This document shows, in pieces, positions 56,008-64,000 of a stretch of DNA of 64,000 nucleotides; within the stretch, counting starts at the first letter, position 1; the number at the start of each line of letters is the position of its first letter. Source of the stretch: the human T2T-CHM13v2.0 reference genome, Homo sapiens; the NCBI RefSeq assembly GCF_009914755.1, contig NC_060931.1. One strand, written 5' to 3'. The translations under genes were made by a program, and so were the position numbers. The notes beneath the pieces are model-generated. The model did no database searches, was not told the DNA's origin, and was given only the letters and a program-made list of their open reading frames with translations.

Positions 56008-56522
56008 GCAAGGAGCTAGAGGAAAATCCTTCAGAATACTAAAACTCAAGAGGATATCACATTATCATTTTGGCAAGTGTAAATTGTATTCATTCCCCCT
56101 CTTTTCTCTGCATTGTATTGGTGAGGTCATTTTTAAGGCTGTAATCAAGTATTAGTTCATTCAACACATACTCACTAAGTGACTACCATATGCCAGGCTC
56201 TGGGTACTCAGCAGTGAATAAAATAGACAAAATCCCTGCCTTCATGTGGCTCACATGCAAATGGGGGTGGAGGAAGGAAAGATAGTCAATAAATAAATAA
56301 ATACACACTACAACAGGTGGTGGCATGTGCTAAGGGAAAAAATAACAGTAGGAAGGGGGACCAGGAAGTGTCAGTGTGATGCAGTGGGGGGTCAGAGTGC
56401 ACACCTCTCTGATAATACAACATTTCAGAGGAGACCTGAAGGAAGTCAAGGAGAGAGCTATGTGCATAGCTAGGGAAATAATGCTCTAATAAGGAACAGA
56501 AAACACCAAAGTCCTTCACAGG

Positions 56523-57928
56523 TGTGATGGCTAATTTTGCATCAACTTGACTGGCCCATGAGGTACCCAGATATTTGGTCAAACATTATTCTAGGTGATT
56601 CTGTTAGGGTGTATTTAGATGAGATTGACATTTAAATTGGAAGACTGAGTGAAACAGACTGCCTTCCCTGTTGTTTGTTGCAGGAAGTCAGGGACCCCAA
56701 ATGGAGGGAGCTGCTGATGCCAAAGCCGTGACAGAAGAACATAAACTGTGAAGACTTCATGGACATTTATCACTTCCCTAATCAATAATTTCCTATGCCT
56801 GTCTTTAATCTCCTAATCCCATCATCTTTGTAAGCTGAGGATGTATGTCGCCTCAGGACCCTGTGATGATTGCGTTAACTGCACAAATTGTTCATAAAGC
56901 ATATTTGTTTGAACAATATGAAGTCTGGGCACCTTGAAAAAAGAACAGGATAACAGTGATGTCCAGCGAACAAGGGAGATAACCATTAGGTCTGACTGCC
57001 TGGGAGCCAGGCAGGACAGAGCCATATTTCTCTTATTGCCGAAAACAGGTAAGAGAAATATCACTGAATTCTTTCCCCAGTAAGGAATATTAATAATTAA
57101 CAGCCCTGGGAAAAGAATGCATTCCCAGGGGGGGCCTCTAAAATGGCCACTCTGGGAGTGTCTGCCTTATGCAGTTGTAGATAGGGATGAAACATGCCCT
57201 AGTCTCCTGCAGCGCCCCCAGGCTTGCTAGGATTAGGAAATTCCAGGCTGGTGAATTGTAGTCAGACCAATTCTCTGCTCTTGAACCCTGTTAAGATGTT
57301 TATCAATGACAATGCATGCACAGTGGGACATGGGACTTCATTGGTAATTCTAGTTTTGCCCTGACCTTGTGATCTTGCCGTGACCTTCTGCCTTGTGATC
57401 TTTTATTGCCCTGTGAAGCATGTGATCTCTGTGACCCACACCCTATTCGTACACTCCCTCCCCTTTGAAAACTGCTAATAAAAACTTGCTGGTTTTATGG
57501 CTCAGGGGGCATCACAGAACCTGCCGACATGTGATGTGTCCCCTAGACACCCAGCTTTAAAATTTCTCTCTTTTGTACTCTTTCCCTTTATTTCTCAGAC
57601 CAGCCAACACTTAGGGAAAATAGAAAAGAACCTACATTGAAATATCAGGGACTGGTTCCCCCGATAGTGGGTGGGCCTCATCCAACCAATTGAAGTACAG
57701 AAGGCTGACCCTCTGTCAAGTAAGAGAAAATTCTCCTGCCTTGCAGCCTTTGACCTGGGATATAGACTCTTCATGGTTTTATAGCATCTTCTCAGCCTTT
57801 GAACTTGAACTGAGACATTGGAATTTCCAGCTTCCATAATTGTGAGCCAATTGCTTATAATAAATTGATCAGTCAATCAATCTGTCATCTTATTGGTTTT
57901 GTTTCTCTAGAGGACACTGACTAATACA
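56523..57928 (+). mobile_element. MLT2B/C ERVL solo LTR, split by MER11A
   Basis: tgtgatggctaattttgcatcaacttgactgg...gactaataca. Confidence 0.85.
56676..57666 (+). mobile_element. MER11A solo LTR (HML-8/HERV-K11)
   Basis: tgttgcaggaagtcagggaccccaaa...ggttcccccgata. Confidence 0.92.
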
Positions 57929-59879
57929 GTGGGGACATGATTAGGTGTTTGGCTGTTTTGGTGAGAAAAAGGATGAAATAAAGGAAATTCAAAAAGGACT
58001 AAGGAGGCCAAAATGTGTAGGGTCTTTTAGCCCACTATTTAAGGACTTAGCATTTATTGCAAATGAGATTTTTGAAGGAACTGAAGATTACTTACATTTT
58101 AAAAGAATCACTCTAGCTCTTTGTGTGATGAATACTCAGAGGGGGGCCATGGACAGAATGGGGAAGACCAGTCCAGGGGCTACTTCAATAATTGGTAACT
58201 AAAATTATTGTGGTATTTGGGGAGTTGGTGAAAATTTGCCAAATTTTGAGTATAATTTGAGGATAGGGCTGATAGAGTTTTCCCAGGGATGTGAGGTATG
58301 AGATATAGGGAAAATTTAAGGTGGACTCTGAATTTCTTGTCGTAGCAACTGGAAGAATGGTATTTTCATTCACTGAGATGGACAAGAATGTGGGAGAAGC
58401 AGGTTTGGTGGCACAGGGCATATGAGCAATTTGAGTGGGCCATTTTAAGTTTGAGATTCCAACTAGACACCCAAACCAAATAGCAATATACAGTTCTGGG
58501 AAGAGATCTCAGATCTGGGAAGCAAATATAAAGAGATCTGGGAAGAAAATATAAAGTTCTGGGAAGAGATCTCAGATATAAATTTGGAGGCATCAGAATA
58601 TAAGTATTATTTATTGCTATGAAACTAGATGAGATCACCAAGTAAGTGAATGCAGAGAAGACACCTAAGGACTGAGTCCTGGCCATCTGATGTTTAGAGT
58701 TCAGGGAAATGAGGAGCCAATAAAAAGATAAAGAATGTACTGCCAGTGAAGGGAGAAGAGAGCCCCCCACTCAAAAAAAAAAGTTCCCAAAGTTGTATGA
58801 AAAATTATTTTAAGGCAAGAGTGTTCAGTGCCATCAAATGCCACTGATAGGTCAAGTAGGATTAAGATTTGGACTGACATCTCATCACTGAACTAGACAA
58901 TGTGGAGGGGAAGGAGGATCTTGAGAAGAGCTGCTGTGATGAAGTGATGTAAAGAAACACTTGTTTGTAATCTGTTCAAGAGAAATGGAAAAAGAAGAAA
59001 TGGAACCAATAAAACATAATTTTTGGAAGAGATTTGTTTTAAAGGGAAGCAGAGAATTGGAATGTTAGTAGAAGAGGAAACATTATGCAATATCTATTTG
59101 CATATTGGTGGGAATGGTCTGATACACAGGGAAATTTAATAATGTAGGAAAAAAGACCAAGACATGTCTTTGAATATAAAAGAGAAGATGGGAATCAGTG
59201 TTCAAGGGGATGGGTTGGCTTTTAATAAGGAATTGGACCGTTTATTTGTAGTAATAGGAAGTAAGGCAGAGAATATGGATATTGATATAGATGGGAGGGT
59301 GGTAGGGTTAGTTGCAGCTTGTGGAAATTCTCTTCTGATCACTTCTATTTTCTCAGGAATTTAAGAAGCAAGGCCATCAATGGAAAGACAACAGGAGAGG
59401 GGTTGATGGAATTTTGAGGAAAGAGATGTTGTGGCATCTGGAAAATATGGGAAGTAAAACTGATTGGATTAGGGTATTGTAAGATTGCTGGCAACTCTAA
59501 TGTCTAGCGTGAGGTCGTCAGTAATACGTTTAAAGTGAGATCAGTAAGCATGAACCCATGCTTTTCTCTAGCTATGCCAGCTCTAGATTCAAGTACACAT
59601 TAGGCCAAGACTTGAATTAACAAGGCAAGTGAGTTCCAGGTGAGTTCAATGGTCGGGGAGCCATACATGGGAGATGAAGTATATACAAAGGATCATTTAT
59701 AATCATAGGCACAAAGTCACTGTTATGCCAAAAGGAAAATGTGCCCATGAATGGAGACAAAAGACAAAAAAAGACAAAAGTTTTAAAAGGTGGTGGGATC
59801 ACTGTATTGTTGGTTTTGGTAGGTTGAAAAATAGTTGAGTAAAATTAATAAGCTTTATTCCTCTTTTTCTAATTCTCAA

Positions 59880-60345
59880 TATTCAGCCTGTCTGTGAATT
59901 CTGTTGATTCTGCCTTTCCAATATATACAGAACCTGAGCACTTTTCATCATTCTACAGAACATCACCTTGGGCCAAGCCATGAACATCTCTCACCTTGAT
60001 TATGGTAGTTGCCTCATAACTGAGCTTCCTACATCCACTCTCACTCCACCTACACCCTGTCTCAAGGTTATTTTCCATACAACATCCAGAGTAATTCTTT
60101 TAAAAGATAAAGGAGATCATTTACTTTTCAATAAGTGCCCATCTCACTCATAGTAAAGACCAAATGAACTATAATGCCCAATATGAACTGTACACCCCTC
60201 CCTCCCTGGCCTATCTTAGTGCCTTTGAACTTGACCTCTCCTCTGCCTGCAGCACTTTCACCAGCCATTGGCATGGCTTACTCTCTTAAGTCTTCATTCA
60301 AATGTAATCTTACTAGTGAGTTTTTCCTGACAACCTTGTTTAAAA
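59880..60345 (+). mobile_element. L2
   Basis: catctctcaccttgattatggtagttgcctc; ccagagtaattcttttaaaa. Confidence 0.75.
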
Positions 60346-60708
60346 TTATGCTTTGGGAAAGTTCAATGGAAACATGCAATCACGATGCTTTTATTCCATT
60401 TGAGGCACTAAAGGAGATTATTCTATTTTTTCTCTAACAAATACATGAAAGAAGCTGGCAAATGAAAAAAAAAAGAACTTTTAACAGGAATATTGCAAAC
60501 ATTATATGTGTTCCCTTTTGTTCTTCTCTACTTTGTTGCAACCTGTAGCTAATATTCTGGAGGAAAAACATACAGATATTGGTATAACAGCTTGAAGCAA
60601 TAGTTATACTCTATAAATTTCATCTCTTTTAAGAAAAAAATATTTCATGGTGATGTTAGTGAGTCTTAGTATATTTTTAAGGATCAATCATTACAACTAT
60701 GTAAGTTC

Positions 60709-61016
60709 TTGTTTTTTATTTATTTTTATTTTTTGAGACAGAGTCTCACTCTGTAGCCCAGGGTGGAGTGCAGTGGCGTGATCTCAGCTTGCTGCAACCT
60801 CTGTCTCTCAGGTTCAAGTGATTTTCCTGCATCAGCCTCCCCAGAAGCTGAGATTACAAGTGTGTGCCACCACACTCAGCTATTTTTTGTATGTTCAGTA
60901 GAGACAGGGTTTAGCCATGTTGGCCAGGCTGGTGTCAAACTCCTTACCTCAAATGATCTGCGTTCCTTGGCCTCCCAAAGTGCTGGGATTACAGGCATGA
61001 GCCATGGCAACTGGCC
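60709..61016 (-). mobile_element. AluS
   Basis: TSD 60693-60708 / 61017-61032 (13/16). Confidence 0.93.
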
Positions 61017-61032
61017 AAAACTATTTATGTTC

Positions 61033-63147
61033 CGATATGATTTGGCTGTGTCCCCATTCAAATCTCATCTTGAATTGTAGCTCCCATAATTCCCACGTGT
61101 TATGAGAGTGACCTGGTGGGAGGTAATTGAATCATGGGGCGGGGGGTTTTCCCATGCTTTTTCTCGTGATAGTGAATAAGTCTCACAAGATTTGATGGTT
61201 TTATAAAGGGAGTTTCCCTACACAAGCTCTCTCTTGCCTGTGACCATGCAAGATGTCGCATGCTTTTCCACCATGATTGTGAGGCCTCCCCAGCCATGTG
61301 GAACTGTGAGTCAATTAAACCTCTTTCCTTTATAAATTATCCAGTTACATGTATGTTTTTATTAGCAGTTTGAGAATAGACTAATACAGTAAATTGTTAC
61401 CAGGAGTGGAGTGCTGCTGTAAAGATACCTGAAAATGTGAAATCGACTTTGGAACTGGGTAACAGGCAGAGGTTGGAACAGTTTGGAGGGCTCAGAAGAA
61501 GACAGGAAAATGTGGGAAAGTTTGGAACTTCCTAGAGACTTCTTGAATTGTTTTGACAAAACTGCTGATAGTGATATGGACAATGAAGTCCAAGTTGAGT
61601 TGGTCACACGTGGAGATGAGGAATTTGTCAGGATTTGGAGCAAAGGTGACTCTTGTTATTCTTTAGCAAAGAGACTGGTAGAATTTTCCCCTGCCCTAGA
61701 GATCTGTGGAACTTCAAACTTGAAAGAGATGATTTAGGACATCTGCCAGAAGAAATTTCTAAGCAGCAAAGCATTCAAGAAGTGACTTGGGTACAGTTAA
61801 AATAAAAGCATTATTATTATTATAAAAGCATTCACTTTTATTCATTCACAAATATATGGTTTGGAGTTGAAACTTATGTTTAAAAGGAAAGTAGAGTATA
61901 AAAGTTCAGAAAATTTGCAGCCTGATGATGTGATTTCTGAGGAGAAATTCAAGCTGGCTACAGAAATTTACAAAAGTAATGAGGAGCCAATTGTTAATCA
62001 CCAAGACAATGGGGAAAATGCCTCCAGGGCATGTCAGAGGTCTTCATAGCAACCTCTCCAGACTTGGTCAGCTGCATCCCAGCCATGGCTAAAATGGCTA
62101 AATGTACAGCCAATGTACAGCTCAGGTCTTTGCCACAGAGAGTGCAAGTTCCAAGCCTTGGCAGCTCCCATTTGGTGTTGGGCCTGTGGGTACACAGAAG
62201 TCAAGAATTTGGGAACCTCCACCTAGATTTCAGAGGATGTATGAAAATGCCTGGATATCCAGGTGGAGGTGTGCTGCAGGAGTGTGGCCCTCATGGAGAA
62301 CCTCTGCTAGGGCAGTGTGGAAGGGAAATGTGGGGTGTGAGCCCCCACACAGAGTCCTCACTGGGGCACTGCCTAGTGGAGTGGTGAGAAGAGGGCCACT
62401 GTCCTCCAGACCCCAGAATGGTAGATCCACCAATAACTTGTACCATGTGCCTGGAAAAGCCGCAGACAATGCTAGCCCATGAAAGCAGCCAGGAGGGGGG
62501 CTACATCCTGAAAAGTCACAGGGGTGTCACTGCCCAAGGCTGTGGGGGCCAACCTCTTGCATCAGTGTGACCTGGATGTGAGACATGGAGACAAAGGAGA
62601 TCATTTTGGAGCTTTAAGATTTGACTGCCCCGCTGGGTTTTGGACTTGCATGGGGCCTGTAGCCCCTTTGTTTGGGCCAATTTCTCCCATTTGGAGCAGG
62701 TGTATTTATCCAATACCTGTTCCTTCATTGTATCTAGGAAGTAACTAACTTGCTTTTAATTTTACAGGCTCATAGGCAGAAGCTACTTGCCTTGTCTCAG
62801 ACAAAACTTTGGACTGTGCTTTTGAGTTAATGCTGAAATAAGTTAAGACTTTGGGGGACTGTTGAGAAGGTATGATTGGTTTTGAAATATGAGGACATGA
62901 GATTTGGGAGGGGCTGGGGGGAATGATATGGTTTGGCTGTGTCCCCACCCCAATCTCATCTTGAATTGTAGCTCCCATAATTCCCACATGTGTGGGAGGG
63001 ACCCGATGGGAGGTAATTGAATCATGGGGGTGAGTCTTTCCCGTGCTTTTTTTCATGATAGTGAATAAGTCTCACAAGATCTGATGGTTTTGTAAAGGGA
63101 AGTTCCCCTACACAAGCTCTGTCTTGCCTGTGGCCATGCAAGATGTC
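61033..63147 (+). mobile_element. THE1 (B/C-type) MaLR element with truncated 3' LTR
   Basis: 5' LTR 61033-61388; internal region with the EGSEEDRKMWESLELPRD ORF remnant; PPT; 3' LTR from 62924. Confidence 0.92.
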
Positions 63148-63227
63148 CCAGCTGTGATTATGTTTGCATTTATCTCACCTATGTTGACATTTCTATTTTT
63201 ATCTCTTTAAAAGTATATCCTTCCACT

Positions 63228-63455
63228 ATTTATTTTAGGTTCAGGGGGTTCATGTGAAGGTTTGCTACATGGGTAAATTGCATGTCACTGGGGTTTGGCA
63301 TACAAATTATTTCATCAGTCAGGTAGTGAGCATAGTACCCAATAGGTAGTTTTTCAATCCTTACCCTCCTTCCAACCACCACCTCCATCCTCAGGTAGGC
63401 CGCAGTGTCTATTTTGTGTCCATCTTTGTGTCCATGTGTACTCAGTGTTTAGTAC
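63228..63455 (-). mobile_element. L1PA15/16-type 3' end
   Basis: ttttaggttcagggggttcatgtgaaggtttgctacatgggtaaattgcatgtc. Confidence 0.85.
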
Positions 63456-64000
63456 TGAGGCATTCACAGTCCCCCCAGGGAAGCAATTTCTGACTTTATG
63501 TCATGGGGGTCCTTGGAAAAGGCAGCTTGTGGAGTTGGGGAAGGTCCAACTGGAGAAGACTTCCAGCTTATCTTTGTAATAATTTTCACTGAGCACGAAT
63601 TTTCTTGTGCAGAATCTGGAGATGTAGGGAGAGTAGGGGGTGAACAGGAGTTACAGATATGAGCACAGAAGTGAGGGCTGAGGCCCGAAAGCCCTTCTTG
63701 CTTTCGCAGTGGGGAGGCTTATAGCCTGGGGCAAGATCTCAGCCCTGTGCACTGGAGGCGTGGATATTAATTTGGTTCTGTTGGCTGTTGGGGGAGCATG
63801 GCAGTAGTGAGACTAGCCTTGCTGACTACATGGGAGCTGGGTGAGGTCTGTCACTACCAGTTATCCTCCACTTCCCTGGCAACCTGTATGAAGCAGCAGA
63901 GGCAGCCATAATCCCCCTTGGAACATAACTCCATTGGCCTGAGAACCACACTCCATACTCCACTGTGGCTACAACAAGCCCTGCCCAAGGAGAGTCTGAG
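63456..64000 (+). mobile_element. L1PB-type 5' UTR fragment, runs off the window
   Basis: gcagcagaggcagccataatccccc...ggcctgagaaccac...gcccaaggagagtctgag. Confidence 0.7.

Larger units (their letters stand above)
56150..59820 (-). mobile_element. Long L2 interrupted by MLT2 and MER11A
   Basis: ttcattcaacaca...taccatatgccaggc; ttttaaaagaatcactctagct; gaaactagatgagatcacca. Confidence 0.75.

Noticed and set aside
56670-57672. MER11A LTR apparently lacking a TSD
   Set aside because: gttgtt vs gtgggt is 4/6, compatible with a decayed 6-bp TSD.
61483-63056. Multiple overlapping ORFs
   Set aside because: All lie inside the THE1 internal region or LTR and are standard MaLR remnants.

Overview
Primate (human-like) genomic DNA with no recognisable intact host gene. 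Most of it is interspersed repeats: L1, Alu, L2, MIR, MaLR/ERV LTRs and hAT/Tigger/MULE DNA transposons. The main result is a heavily decayed, non-repeat block at about 1.7-4.8 kb on the + strand. Its translations align co-linearly with bornavirus P (weak), M and L (N-terminus to polymerase motif A). A P/M junction-like signal is present and G is absent, so this is a candidate ancient endogenous bornavirus-like P-M-L element, split by old eutherian repeats. This call rests on BoDV-1 sequences recalled from memory and needs a tblastn check. Other notable structures are a MER4-group ERV built like an L1-retroposed RNA (R-U5-int-U3-R), a young L1PA3-like insert with a 5' inversion and a 3' transduction, two short templated insertions copied from 1.7-2.0 kb away, a Ricksha (MULE) transposase remnant and a CpG-retaining candidate regulatory element near 24.3-25.0 kb. 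Repeat subfamily names come from recalled consensus sequences. Boundaries of old repeats are approximate.
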